The notes below the pieces were generated by a model. The model searched no databases. It was not told the DNA's origin and saw only the letters and a list, made by a program, of their open reading frames with translations. A stretch of 64,000 bases of DNA, taken from assembly GCA_958296235.1 (NCBI GenBank), contig OY282457.1, forward strand, positions 1,985,684 through 2,049,683, given 5' to 3'. The DNA comes from an uncultured Candidatus Binatia bacterium (GTDB taxonomy: Bacteria > Desulfobacterota > Binatia > Bin18). A program made the translations under genes and the position numbers. This document shows, one piece after another, positions 28,396 through 39,010 of the stretch (the stretch's first letter is position 1; every line of letters starts with the position of its first letter).

Positions 28396-29681
28396 TTAGC
28401 CGGCTTGTTGAGTAGACTCGTACTCGACACTGTCCTCACAGCCTGGCGGGCGGAAGCTCCAGTTGAAAGGTTTCTTGCCCAGCAGTTGACCGTTATAGCT
28501 CGCAGGGTCAGCAAGTGCATCTGGGTGGTGCAGGATGCTGCAAAAATGTGCCTCGAACACCGTCCCTGTCACAGGGACCCCATTGGCGTCCAGGTCTACC
28601 GCGCTCATGCCGAGAGTCACATGTCGCTGATACTGAGTATCCCACTTGAACGTGAGCCCCAGGATATTCCGGGCGACCCCGGCCTCCGTATAAAATACCG
28701 TCCACAACGGCTCGAATGTGACCGTATCGAGCCACAGCGCCACATACCCCGAGCCGGCACCTTTGTGGGCGCGTTTGCCAACCACCAGGAAGGCCGGGCG
28801 GAGCATCCACTGGTCGTCTGCAAACCAGCGATTGACGGGCAAATACTGGGGAAACTCGTGCCGACTGTCGAATGCCGTCAAGACCGGGCGCTCGCCCAGC
28901 ATCTCCCAGTCATAAAAAAAGAACTGCCCTTCCCAGCCAAAGGCATGCTCGCGGGTGAATTGGGTCCCCGCCATTTTATCGCCCCGCGTGGTCGACCCCT
29001 GGCGCGGCCGACGCATCTTCATATTATACACATAGAAGCTTTCGGCTTTGTCCCGCGCCCACGGTAGCCAGCCCATCATTTCGTTGTCCTTTTGGTCGCC
29101 TGGAGCCAGCGTCAGCGCGCGGAGGCCGAAGCCCTGCGGTCCCCAGCCGTTCCAGCCATTGATGATAAGGGTCCGATGAGGATTTGGGCCTGAGCCGCGA
29201 AAGGTATGCCCGAGATACTCAAAGCTCCCGCCCCGATTCCGACACAACAGGTTCCAGACGGCCTTCAGTCCGGCGCGGTTCGCGTCGGGAGCGAGGCCGG
29301 GAAAGGGCAGCTCTCGCCCGCAGTGCGTCGTATCATCGAGTTCACCGTTCGGGTTCAGTTGATGGACGCTGTCCGAAACCAGGACATCATACGTACGGGC
29401 GGCGACCACATCGAGCGTAGGGACCGTGCCATTGGTCGCTTCGGAGGCCAGCAGCCCAGGCGCATGGGGTGGCAGCACTCCGACCAGTTCCTCAGCCGGG
29501 TAGGAACCAGGCGGGAGCGCCCGCGGGGTGGCGGTCTGCGTCAACCACGTCCTGAGTTCCGCCGGCACCGCTGGGCCGGGCAGGTCCTGGGGAGCGGCTT
29601 CCTGGGCCTCGCCAGACCCCCCGGTCAACATCACGAGTCCAACCCACCAACTGCTAAAGATCCGAACGCCTCGATACATGA
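28396..29681 (-). CDS. Secreted hypothetical protein (signal peptide, Trp/Gly-rich)
   Basis: Start at MYRGV (RBS aaggagg). N-terminal signal ..SWWVGLVMLTGGSGEAQEA. No confident family. Confidence 0.45.
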
Positions 29682-29796
29682 AGCTCTCCTCCTTGGACAA
29701 CTGCTGATATCTTATGGGTCTGTTGGGTATAGAGCAGCGGTCAGTGCGTCAAGCCAGATTTGACGCAGGGCGGAAGAGACTGCCAAAGATGCGCCT

Positions 29797-31386
29797 TCAG
29801 GCGAACCAGTGCTCAGCGTGCAGTTGCGCCCAGATTTTTTGGACAGCCGCACCGCCTTGTTGCTGCACCCGGGCGGCGTCATCGCTCACAAACTGGCCGT
29901 GAAAAACCTGGAATTTTCCGTCAACCATCACATGCCGCACACTCAGGCCGTGGGCATACAGCAGATTGTTGAGCGGTTCGGGCGGGACGGCTCCGCTGCC
30001 AGTCAGGAAACCGGAGACATCAACCGTACACAGGTCCGCTTTGGCCCCTGGCGCAATGCGGCCCAGATCGTCCCGTCCGAGGCCCTGAGCAGCTTCCAAG
30101 GTTGCCCCTTGGACGGCCTCCCAAATGGTCGGCAGGTGCAATAGGACGGGGCTGCTGGCCTGTAAGAGTCGGGCGCGGGCACGTCCGTATAGCACGGCGA
30201 GTTTCAGGTTTTCGAGATAATCGTTTGAGTGCGTGTCGATGCCGATCGTTGTGCGGACACCGGCGGCCAGGGCTTCGGGGTAGGGCTGCGTGCCGCTACT
30301 GCCGCCAGCGCCATTACCAGACGGACAGTGGGCGTAGGTCAACTGCTTGCCGGCTAAAAACGGCAGGTCGTGCTGAACATCAATCCCGGTGAAGTGGGCA
30401 CCAAAGATACGCTCGGAATAAAAGCCAAGTTCGTCTAACCATTCCGCCGGCCGTTTTCCCCATAAGCGCTGGACTGTTTTTGTCTCTTGGGCGCTTTGTG
30501 ACAAGTGAATATGAATCCCGTTACCGATTTCTTTGGCTGCGGCCAGAATGGCCGCCATCGTCGTGGGTGTATGCGTATCCGTGGCATGTGGGGCCATTTG
30601 GGGGCGAATCCGCCCGTCTTCACTGCCATTGTGGCTCAGGGCAAAGCGTCGATTCGCCGCAATCTCAGCCAAAGTCTCCTGTTCTGAGTCGGTCAGGACT
30701 TGATCCGAATTTCGAAACCAGATGGGAAACAGCCGCGCAATACCGGGAATCATACCGCCCGGATATCCCCGCACCCCCCAACGCCCGGCAATGCGGACAT
30801 ACGACTCTGCCTGGCGCAAACTCAGACTCATTTCAACCTGGGTCGTACAGCCCGAGCGGAGCAACTCCGCTACGTTATAGGCAGTCAGGGCGTCGAGATC
30901 TTCGGTGCTCAGAGACTCGACCAGTTCGAGTGGTCGGGCGTACGAGCGACCACCCTCAATAATCCCCCGGGTTGGGGTGGCTGAACAGGCATGGGTATGA
31001 CCCGAAATAAAACCCGGCAGCAACAGTTGGCCGCTCGCTCGGAGACGCGGCGTATCGCCCTGGAGATGGCCGCTTTTGACTGTTTCGATATGGTCTCTCC
31101 GTACCCGAACCGAGCAGTCCGGCAAAAGCTGCAAGCGGCCATTGTGAAAAACCAGCCCCCACGGCGCTTCGATGATGCAGTCGTGGTGGGGTGGTTTTTC
31201 TTCGAGTGGGAGCGGGTTGGCAAAAAGGGCCGGCGAAGCCTGAGCGCCAGCCGCGCTAAAAGCCGCACCCGCCAGACCGCCGTGGACCAGGAGCTGCCGG
31301 CGGGTGAAACTGTTTTCAACGCTCTCGCTCGGCGATTCTGGACTGCTACAGACAAAGCAGGCGCCGTGAAGATCTGGATCAGCCAT
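29797..31386 (-). CDS. Tat-secreted amidohydrolase-family metal-dependent hydrolase
   Basis: Twin-arginine leader TRRQLLVHGGLAGAA. The HxH metal site is in PGFISGHTHA, and the C-terminal Asp region is present. Confidence 0.75.
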   Translation of the reverse strand: MADPDLHGACFVCSSPESPSESVENSFTRRQLLVHGGLAGAAFSAAGAQASPALFANPLPLEEKPPHHDCIIEAPWGLVFHNGRLQLLPDCSVRVRRDHIETVKSGHLQGDTPRLRASGQLLLPGFISGHTHACSATPTRGIIEGGRSYARPLELVESLSTEDLDALTAYNVAELLRSGCTTQVEMSLSLRQAESYVRIAGRWGVRGYPGGMIPGIARLFPIWFRNSDQVLTDSEQETLAEIAANRRFALSHNGSEDGRIRPQMAPHATDTHTPTTMAAILAAAKEIGNGIHIHLSQSAQETKTVQRLWGKRPAEWLDELGFYSERIFGAHFTGIDVQHDLPFLAGKQLTYAHCPSGNGAGGSSGTQPYPEALAAGVRTTIGIDTHSNDYLENLKLAVLYGRARARLLQASSPVLLHLPTIWEAVQGATLEAAQGLGRDDLGRIAPGAKADLCTVDVSGFLTGSGAVPPEPLNNLLYAHGLSVRHVMVDGKFQVFHGQFVSDDAARVQQQGGAAVQKIWAQLHAEHWFA

Positions 31387-31585
31387 CGTCCTCTTTCTTC
31401 ATCTGCCGGTACGAAGTCAGGCCAAGCCTACGCCTCCAGACCGCTTTGGTCCAGAGTTTTTTACCCTTGGGCAAGGAGATACAGCAAAGAGATAAAGGGG
31501 GTAGCGAGATGAAGGCGAAGTCTGACTTGCTTCCTGGCGGGCTGGTTGTGTATGCTCGGGGCGAAACGCACGACGAGGGGGAAAT

Positions 31586-32662
31586 ATGCGTCAGGTGAAC
31601 ACGGATCGCGTCTTTGTGAAACAATCGTATCCGGTGAGTGAGAAAGATATCATCCCGGTGTTGGACTTCGGACCGTTTCTGGCCGGCGACCCCGGCGCGC
31701 TGGCCCGCCTGGGTCAGGAGGTTTGCCAGGCGCTTGAAGACATCGGCTTCTTTTTCATCAAAAACCACGGCGTGCCCCAGGAGTTAGTTGACCGCGTGTT
31801 CGCCGAAAACGCCCGTTTTCATGCGCTGCCGCCGGCGCGTAAACTGTCCGTCAAGGTCGATGGCAAAGGCATCGGCTATATGCCGCCGGGGCTCCAGCAT
31901 CCCAAATACAAGCAGGACGAACCGGCCCGTAAGCCTGATATTGGCGAGGCGTTTTTCATCGGGCGTGAGGCCCAGTCCAGGAGCCGGGACGCCGGCGCGC
32001 CCGACCCGCTGTATCAGGGCGGCAATCAGTGGCCGGAGGATTTGCCCGGCTTTCGGGAGACCCTGGTCGAGTATTTCGACGCTATGGAAGCGCTCAGCCT
32101 GCGCCTGCTGCCGGTGTACGCCACCGCCCTGGGTCTGCCCGTACATTTCTTTGATGACGCCTTTCTGCACTCGCGGCCAATGGGGATTCTGCGCTTGTCC
32201 CACTATCCCGAGACCCCCTGTGAGGAAAACCAGTTTAATGCCTCGCCGCATATTGACGGCGACTTTATTACGTTTTTGGCCCAATCCGAGGTGCCCGGTC
32301 TGGAGCTGCGCACCTCGGAGAAAAAATGGATTCAGGCCCCGGCGCTGGCCGGGACGTTTCTGGTCAATGCGGGCGAGATTCTCCGCTTGTGGAGCAACGG
32401 CCGGTTTCGGGCGACATTTCACCGAGCCATCAACCGCTCGGGTCGCGACCGGTATGCAATTCCGTTCTTCTACAGCCCCAGCCCGGACACCCTGATTGCG
32501 TGTGTGGAGACCTGCTGCGACGCCGACCATCCGCCCCAGTATCGACCGGTGACGGTCCGGGAGTATACCGAGTGGTTCTCGCATAAGGTCTTTGTCCATC
32601 TCAAGGACAAACCGGGCCGCTCACCGTATTACGCCGGAGACCGGCCCGACAGTGCGGCCTGA
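31586..32662 (+). CDS. 2-oxoglutarate/Fe(II)-dependent oxygenase (isopenicillin N synthase-like)
   Basis: HxD...H facial triad (SPHIDGDF ... RATFHRAIN) and the 2OG-binding RxS. Confidence 0.8.
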   Translation: MRQVNTDRVFVKQSYPVSEKDIIPVLDFGPFLAGDPGALARLGQEVCQALEDIGFFFIKNHGVPQELVDRVFAENARFHALPPARKLSVKVDGKGIGYMPPGLQHPKYKQDEPARKPDIGEAFFIGREAQSRSRDAGAPDPLYQGGNQWPEDLPGFRETLVEYFDAMEALSLRLLPVYATALGLPVHFFDDAFLHSRPMGILRLSHYPETPCEENQFNASPHIDGDFITFLAQSEVPGLELRTSEKKWIQAPALAGTFLVNAGEILRLWSNGRFRATFHRAINRSGRDRYAIPFFYSPSPDTLIACVETCCDADHPPQYRPVTVREYTEWFSHKVFVHLKDKPGRSPYYAGDRPDSAA

Positions 32663-32704
32663 GCCAGGATGAGATTGTGACTCAAATCAAAGGAGGGAAC
32701 GGAT

Positions 32705-33091
32705 ATGCCAGCAAACAAACCCGAAGAGTGTGATCTGCTGTTGCTTGAAGCGCTGAAAGCGGGCGACCTGGACGCGGCCGTAGCGCTCTATGAGCCGGAT
32801 GCTACGTTTGTGGTGTCGCCCGAGCAGGTCGTCACCGGCCACGCCGCCATCCGCGAGGTCATGCAGGGCTTTATTAACGCCCAGGCCACGTTTAACGTCG
32901 AGGCGGTCACGGCAGTCCCCAGTACGGACGGGTCGGTGGCGGTCACGCGAGTGAAGGGCAGCAGCACCAGTCCGGGTCCCGACGGAAATCCGGTCACGAC
33001 GCCGCTGCACAGTGTGGAGGTGGTGCGCAAGCAGGCTGACGGGACGTGGCTCTTTATCGTCGACGACCCCAGTGGCGAAGGGCTGAAGTAA
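32705..33091 (+). CDS. SnoaL/NTF2-like (DUF4440-type) small protein
   Basis: 128-aa NTF2-fold pattern (YEPDATFV..., GTWLFIVD). Confidence 0.55.
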   Translation: MPANKPEECDLLLLEALKAGDLDAAVALYEPDATFVVSPEQVVTGHAAIREVMQGFINAQATFNVEAVTAVPSTDGSVAVTRVKGSSTSPGPDGNPVTTPLHSVEVVRKQADGTWLFIVDDPSGEGLK

Positions 33092-33370
33092 GGCTCCAAT
33101 ATCATCGCCAGGTCGCTCAACCGTGCGGCGCATTAGTCCGTATCCGTATACATGCGCCTGATGTCGGCTGTATCCTTGTCTTGAAGAAATGCGGGTTCTC
33201 CAGCCTGGTGAGCATGACCCGAGGCGCAGCGAAAAAGCGCCTCGAATCCCGTCCTAAAGAGATTGATACGGAGTAACGGAAAGAGCTGGCGCGCTTCACG
33301 CCAGGCTGTCGCCATGTGTTCCGCTCTTATCATGCCGACAGGCTTGCTCACCTGACAAGAGGAGAAGTAA

Positions 33371-33646
33371 TCATTTGTGATGCTCGCGGGTCTCATCCTG
33401 GTGCGCTTCGTAGTAAGCTCGGAGGATGGCGTTAATGCGGCTTTGATAGCCCTTGCCCTGGGCTTTCATCCACTCCAGCACATCGGCGTCTAAGCGTAAG
33501 GTCAGTTGTTTTTTTCCAGGCGTGACTACTACCCGTGCTTTCTTGAAGAAGTCTTCATCCAACTCAGGGATGTCGCTGTAATCAATATCTTGATCGCCCT
33601 GGGCATCAACGCGTTTCAAGTCGCTCTTGATAGATCTTTTGCTCAC
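33371..33646 (-). CDS. brnA: BrnA antitoxin (RHH)
   Basis: ..RLDADVLEWMKAQGKGYQSRINAILRAY.. matches the BrnA family. It overlaps the brnT 3' end. Confidence 0.7.
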   Translation of the reverse strand: MSKRSIKSDLKRVDAQGDQDIDYSDIPELDEDFFKKARVVVTPGKKQLTLRLDADVLEWMKAQGKGYQSRINAILRAYYEAHQDETREHHK

Positions 33647-33881
33647 GACTATTAGCCTTTCTCATCGAAATGATCCGTATCTTCTTACCGCGTGGCGTAT
33701 GGGCGATGACCACTACGCGGCCTTCCAACCGGCCTAGGGTAATGAACCGTTCTTCCCTATAGTCGTAACGTTTGTCCTCGAACGTCACGCACGCCCCAGC
33801 AAACACGAGAGGCGCATCTTCAAAGCTCAGCCCATGCTTGCATAGATTTTCGCGCTGCTTTGTCTTATCCCATTCATACAT
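33606..33881 (-). CDS. brnT: BrnT toxin (DUF497 ribonuclease)
   Basis: MYEWDKTKQRENLCKHGLSFEDA.. matches the BrnT N-terminus. The toxin lies upstream of the antitoxin, as in BrnTA. Confidence 0.75.
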   Translation of the reverse strand: MYEWDKTKQRENLCKHGLSFEDAPLVFAGACVTFEDKRYDYREERFITLGRLEGRVVVIAHTPRGKKIRIISMRKANSREQKIYQERLETR

Positions 33882-33920
33882 GACCCTTGCCTGTAAACGT
33901 AGTTACAATTTCTTCGTTCG

Positions 33921-34343
33921 TCATTGTACTCCTTGACCATCCCGGATTTTGACTTCAACGAAAACCGCGCCGGTCCATTCCGCCCGTTTGTAAGTCCACG
34001 GACGCAGCTTCTTGAACCCCGCGCTGCTGCGCTCGGGGTCGCCGAGAATGGGCGTGGCCCAGCCTGTGTACTCCGTTCTTTGAATGAGCAGGGTGACTTC
34101 CGCACCGCCTTCGAGGTGTTTCCACCAGCCGGAGTCACTCCCAATATAGACCATATTTCCCTCACGCAGATAATCCACCGGAAAGGTTTTCATCTCCGAT
34201 GAGTCTCGCTTCTTGAGGGTGATGAGCATGACGCTATCGCTCAGCAGTCCATGCTGCCTGGATTGCAGGATGGTCGGCACGAGGGGGTGATAGGCCGCAA
34301 CAAGTACCGATATGCCGGCCAATACGGAAATAATTGTGATCAT
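33921..34343 (-). CDS. DUF385/Ddn-like deazaflavin-dependent nitroreductase-family protein (membrane anchored)
   Basis: N-terminal TM helix, then FPVDYLREGNMVYIGSDSGWWKHLEGGAEV, which resembles the PNPOx-like DUF385 pattern. Confidence 0.4.
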   Translation of the reverse strand: MITIISVLAGISVLVAAYHPLVPTILQSRQHGLLSDSVMLITLKKRDSSEMKTFPVDYLREGNMVYIGSDSGWWKHLEGGAEVTLLIQRTEYTGWATPILGDPERSSAGFKKLRPWTYKRAEWTGAVFVEVKIRDGQGVQ

Positions 34344-34391
34344 ATACAGAGATAATAGGGATATTTCATGACAGGGAAAGCCCCTAGTCCG

Positions 34392-36107
34392 CTATCCCCG
34401 CCGCGCGCCTTCGAGCATTTCACGCGCGTGGCGACGAGCTTCGGGCGTGATTTCCACACCACCTAGCATGCGGGCGAGTTCCTGGAGGCGTTCGCGCTGG
34501 GTCAGACGTTGGGCCGAAGAAATCGTGCGGCCTTGGGCCACCGTTTTGGTCACAGTGTAGGCGTGGTCGGCACAGGCCGCGATCTGCGGCAAATGCGTAA
34601 TGCACAGCACCTGATGCTGGTCGGCCAGGACCTTGAGCCGCCGCCCGACGACCTCGGCCACTCCACCGCCGATTCCCGCGTCCACTTCGTCAAAAATCAG
34701 TGTCGGCGTGGCTTCCGCAGCCGCGCTGAGCGCTTTGAGGGCGAGCATGAGGCGGGAGAGTTCTCCGCCAGAGGCAACCTGGACAAGTGGCAAGAGTGGC
34801 TCCCCGGGATTGGCGGACAGATAAAATTCGACCTGATCGTAGCCGCGCGCTGTGAGCCGCCGGCCATTTTGCGTAAACGGCGAATCCGGTCCACCCCTGG
34901 TTTCATCTTCAGGCGGTTGCGGAAATTGGACGCCAAAGTGCGCGCCCTGCATGCCGAGCTGACCTAACTCGGTCTGGATGCTGCGCTCAAGCTTCCGGGC
35001 AGCCGCGCGCCGCTCCTCCGACAGTTCGTCAGCCCAGGACCAGGCCGCCTGCGCGGCTTGAGTGACTTCCTGTTGCAACGCGGCAATCGCCGCTTCGCCG
35101 CTTTCGATATGTTCCAGCTCTTGTTCCAGCGTAGCCTGCCGGGCCAGAATCGCCTCAATATTTTCGCCGTATTTTTTCTTGAGACGCGAGAGCAGCGCGA
35201 GGCGGACATCAATCTCTTCCAGACGCTCGGGGTTCGGGCTGAGGCGCTCGCCATATTTGCGCAGGAAAAGGGCGGCCTCTTCGACCTGGGCCAGCCCGTC
35301 ACTCAGGAGTGAGACCGCTTCGTTCAGGCGGGCGTCCACCCGGACCAGGTCGCGTAACTGGGCCACCAGTCGCCCGAGTCGATCCGTCACCGCTCCGTCG
35401 CTCGCAGTGAGCATCTCTTCGCCGCCAGCCGTCGTCTGATACAGCTTTTCGGCGTTCATGAGCATGGTCCGTTCCTGGCGCAACTCCTCTTCTTCTCCGG
35501 TCTGGAGGGCGGCGCGGCGAATCTCATCGACCTGAAAACGTACGAAGTCCTGGCGGGCCTCAGCCGCGGCTTTGTCCTCGGTCAGCGCGCGCACGCGCTC
35601 CCATACCCGTCGCAGGGTCTGGTAGCGGGTCGCCATTTCCCGGATGCGCTGCGGCGTATCAGCGAAATCGTCGAGCAGGGAGAGCGCCGAATCAGCCTCA
35701 CGCAAGACCTGCTGCTCATGCTGTCCATAGATCTGCATCAGCCCGGCGCTGAGCTGACGCAACAGCGCGACCGTGGTCAGCCGGCCGTTCAGATACACTC
35801 GGCTGCGTCCGTTCGCTGTAATCACGCGACGGACCAGGAGTTCTTCGGCTGCAAGCATCTCATGTTCCGCCAAGAGGGGGGCGAGACGCGCGTTGTCGAG
35901 GCCGAAGACTGCCTCGACAACGGCCTCTGTGGTATCCCGTCGAATCAGGTCGGCGGTTGCTCGACTGCCCAGGGCCAGGCCGATGGCCTGCATGAGCAGG
36001 CTTTTGCCGGCGCCCGTCTCTCCGGTAATCACATTCAGGCCGGACTCGAACGACAGGGCGAGATCGTCGATCAGGGCCAGATTTTTCACGTGCAGATGGC
36101 GCAGCAT
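34392..36107 (-). CDS. recN: DNA repair protein RecN
   Basis: Walker A GETGAGKS, long coiled-coil and C-terminal signature region; 571 aa. Confidence 0.9.
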   Translation of the reverse strand: MLRHLHVKNLALIDDLALSFESGLNVITGETGAGKSLLMQAIGLALGSRATADLIRRDTTEAVVEAVFGLDNARLAPLLAEHEMLAAEELLVRRVITANGRSRVYLNGRLTTVALLRQLSAGLMQIYGQHEQQVLREADSALSLLDDFADTPQRIREMATRYQTLRRVWERVRALTEDKAAAEARQDFVRFQVDEIRRAALQTGEEEELRQERTMLMNAEKLYQTTAGGEEMLTASDGAVTDRLGRLVAQLRDLVRVDARLNEAVSLLSDGLAQVEEAALFLRKYGERLSPNPERLEEIDVRLALLSRLKKKYGENIEAILARQATLEQELEHIESGEAAIAALQQEVTQAAQAAWSWADELSEERRAAARKLERSIQTELGQLGMQGAHFGVQFPQPPEDETRGGPDSPFTQNGRRLTARGYDQVEFYLSANPGEPLLPLVQVASGGELSRLMLALKALSAAAEATPTLIFDEVDAGIGGGVAEVVGRRLKVLADQHQVLCITHLPQIAACADHAYTVTKTVAQGRTISSAQRLTQRERLQELARMLGGVEITPEARRHAREMLEGARRG

Positions 36108-36140
36108 ACCGCGGTTTCCCCGATCGCTTTTGTCTCCTGC

Positions 36141-38906
36141 CTAGGCCACTCCGCGTCGAGACGCGTCGTCCAGACGATCGCTCACAATCCTGGCGATATT
36201 CAGGAATATCCGAGCGCCAATCCGGGGGTAGCGTTTTTGCATACGCTGCAAGAAGCGCTCGTCCACCGCAATCGCCTCAGCCTCGTCCACGGCAATCACG
36301 TCCGCGGTCCGCCGATTCTGACGGATGAGGGCCATTTCGCCAATCACATCGCCGCGGCCCATGCTTCGCAGCAGCTTTGACGAGCCGTCAGTATTGAGCC
36401 GGGCGTCTGCCCTGCCATTGATCAGCACAAACATCTCCCTGCCCATTTCTCCTTGCCTGACGATGAACTCACCCTTGGCAAAGGTCCGAAATTCGCCCAT
36501 CAGGGTGACGATCTTGGCTTGCACGGGACGGAGCCCGGCAAAGAGGGGAATCGTCTTATGCGGGTCGCGGCCGAGTTTCAGGTATAAGACGTCCCACAGG
36601 GTGATGATCTTGGTGGTGGCGAGCAAGGCCGGCAGCAAGAGCACATCCGCCCCAAAGGCGACGATCATGGTGGCCGCCGAGAGCATACCAAATTCCCGGA
36701 TCGGGACAAAAGTCGAAAAATACAGCACCAGAAAGCCGAGCAATAAGATGACGGAGGCATACAGGCTCGGCTTGCCCACCGTCCCGAGGGTGTGGAGCAG
36801 GGCGGTCTCCTGGTCTGGGGCCGTATGCACCTCAGCGCTCAGCCTGGTCATCAGGTGCACCGTATTATCCACAGCAATGCCGAGTGCAATAGCGGCGATA
36901 ATGCTGGTCCCCAGGTTGAGCACCGCGCCGGAGAGCCCCATCAGTCCGAAAAAAATGACAATCGGAAAGATGTTCGGAATCATGGCGATCAGCCCAATCC
37001 GAGCGGACAGAAACATGGCCGCCATAATAACGAAGATGACGCTGGCAGCCAGCGACAGACTGCGGATCTGGCCAGTAATAATATCGCCGGTTGTCTGGGT
37101 CAGGAGAATCAGATTGCCGGTGGGACGGACCTTGAGATCGGGCGGAAAGCGCTCCTGAGCGTAGGCGCTGATCCGCTCCGCGAGCGCGGAGATCTCCTGT
37201 GAGCCCGAGAGGGTTGTGCGGACAAGGATATTCGAGCGCGCAAAGTCCGGGCTGGCGACGGACCGAAAACTGGTCGGACTGCCGGCCACGAGTTGCATGA
37301 CAGCGCGGAGTTGAGACGGCTCCTGCCAGAAGGTGGTGGGCTTGTCCGCTGGCTGAGCCGCAATAGTTTCGTCGCCCGGACCGACCAGAACCCCACCGCC
37401 GCCGGACTGCGCCCCGCGGTCGAGCAGCTCGCAATAGTCCACGAACGAAACGGTTTTATCCACACCGGGCAGGCCGTCGATATAGGTCTGGAGGTCTTTG
37501 ATCCGGCGCAAGGTATCCCACTGTTTCATGACGTCTTTTTCTTCGCCATCAATCACCACATAAAAAGCCATGCTGCCGACCAGATGCTCATTAATGGCAT
37601 CGGTCGCCTGGCGCACGGGGTCGTTGGGACGAAAGAAGGACTGAAAATTAGAATCGACCTGAATCGAGGTCAGGTTCCATAGCGCCACCCCGGCGCAGAG
37701 CAGCGCCGCGGCAATCACGCTCAGGCGGTTCTGAATGGCAAAGCGACCGATACGCCGCAGACCCGTGGTGACCCCAGGGGCAAACGCGGCCGCGGGGTTG
37801 GCCGGGAGACGCAGCTGCATGAGACTGGCCGGAACCAGGAGAATGGATAAGACAAAAGCGATCAGAATGCCGACCGACGAGAAAATACCCATCGCGCGAA
37901 TACTGCTGAGCGGGTTTATGCCCAAGGAGAGAAAACCGAGCACAGTTGTCAGCGCAGTAATACAAATCGGCGGGCTGGTTTTTCTGAGGGTCTCCAACAC
38001 AACGTCCCGCACTGAGCCATCTGGCTGGGCCAACTCATAATACTCAGCCACCACGTGGAGCGAATAGGCTGTCCCCAAGACGAGAATCAGGGGCGGCAGG
38101 GCAATACTCCCCAGGCTGAGGCTGCTCCCGGCAAGGACCATGATGCCCAGCGTCCAGATGAGACTGACGAGAATCGTCAGGGCCGGCAACAAGACGCCGC
38201 GGACGGAACGAAAACTCACGAAGAGCACAAGAACAATAGCGAGCAGGGTCAGGGGAACAAAGCGGCTCAAATCGCTCTGCATGGCCCGGGCGGAATAGAC
38301 TTTGAAGCGGGGCAGGCCAGTATAAAACAGTTGTTCCGGCCCTGTTGCGTGTTCTGCGTCTATGATGGCCTGGATGTGCTCATCAATCTCCCGCGGCATG
38401 AATGCAGCGTCGTCCATATCCGCGAAGAAGATATTGATGGCCGCGGCCTTTCCGTCTTCGGAGACCAGATTCTTCAGGTAAATAGGCCGGTCGGCCAACG
38501 TCTCCCGGAGCGCATCCAGACCGGCCTGGTCGGCAGGGATGTGTGTGACCAACCGCGGCGGCTCGACCACATCGGCAATCGGGTCAAGCGCATTGGTCAG
38601 GCTGAGCACCTCCTGGACCCCCTCGATATTCTCCAGCGCTTCGGTCAGGCGCGTAATTTTGTGTAAGACGTCCGCGGTATAAATGTCATCGGCCAGCAGC
38701 CCGACCACCCCGACTTCATCGCTGCCAAAGAGCTGGCGGACCTCAGCGTAATACTGGCTGTCCGGGTTGTCCTGGCTCAGGAGGCTTTCAACCGAGCTGT
38801 CCAGACGAATGTCTTTTGCGTACACCCCAAAGACGCAGGTGAGGATGAAGAGCAGAAGGAGCAGGGTCTTTGGCCGGTTGACGATGAGCAGGTAGAGCGG
38901 TTCCAT
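36141..38906 (-). CDS. MMPL/RND-superfamily (HpnN-like) exporter fused to a C-terminal cyclic-nucleotide-binding domain
   Basis: Two 6-TM bundles with large periplasmic loops. The C-terminal ~120 aa carry the cNMP-binding signature (GEFIVRQGEMGREMFVLINGRA...GEMALI..RTADVIA). Confidence 0.75.
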   Translation of the reverse strand: MEPLYLLIVNRPKTLLLLLFILTCVFGVYAKDIRLDSSVESLLSQDNPDSQYYAEVRQLFGSDEVGVVGLLADDIYTADVLHKITRLTEALENIEGVQEVLSLTNALDPIADVVEPPRLVTHIPADQAGLDALRETLADRPIYLKNLVSEDGKAAAINIFFADMDDAAFMPREIDEHIQAIIDAEHATGPEQLFYTGLPRFKVYSARAMQSDLSRFVPLTLLAIVLVLFVSFRSVRGVLLPALTILVSLIWTLGIMVLAGSSLSLGSIALPPLILVLGTAYSLHVVAEYYELAQPDGSVRDVVLETLRKTSPPICITALTTVLGFLSLGINPLSSIRAMGIFSSVGILIAFVLSILLVPASLMQLRLPANPAAAFAPGVTTGLRRIGRFAIQNRLSVIAAALLCAGVALWNLTSIQVDSNFQSFFRPNDPVRQATDAINEHLVGSMAFYVVIDGEEKDVMKQWDTLRRIKDLQTYIDGLPGVDKTVSFVDYCELLDRGAQSGGGGVLVGPGDETIAAQPADKPTTFWQEPSQLRAVMQLVAGSPTSFRSVASPDFARSNILVRTTLSGSQEISALAERISAYAQERFPPDLKVRPTGNLILLTQTTGDIITGQIRSLSLAASVIFVIMAAMFLSARIGLIAMIPNIFPIVIFFGLMGLSGAVLNLGTSIIAAIALGIAVDNTVHLMTRLSAEVHTAPDQETALLHTLGTVGKPSLYASVILLLGFLVLYFSTFVPIREFGMLSAATMIVAFGADVLLLPALLATTKIITLWDVLYLKLGRDPHKTIPLFAGLRPVQAKIVTLMGEFRTFAKGEFIVRQGEMGREMFVLINGRADARLNTDGSSKLLRSMGRGDVIGEMALIRQNRRTADVIAVDEAEAIAVDERFLQRMQKRYPRIGARIFLNIARIVSDRLDDASRRGVA

Positions 38907-38916
38907 GTGGTTTGTG

Positions 38917-39010
38917 ATGAGTGGCTAGTGATGAGTGGTTAGTGATGAGTGATGAGTGGCTAGGGGCTAGTGGTTAGTGGTTAGTGATGAGTGGTTAGTA
39001 GTGACGGACA
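38917..39010. repeat. Tandem short repeat (GTGATGAGTGGTTA-like units)
   Basis: gtgatgagtggctagtgatgagtggttagtgatgagtgatgagtggctag... gives 6-7 degenerate units. The stretch is AT-richer than its flanks. Confidence 0.8.

Noticed and set aside
33092-33370. Possible gene in the 280-bp gap between the SnoaL-like gene and brnA
   Set aside because: Only short ORFs without RBS. It is more likely the promoter/operator region of the brnTA operon.
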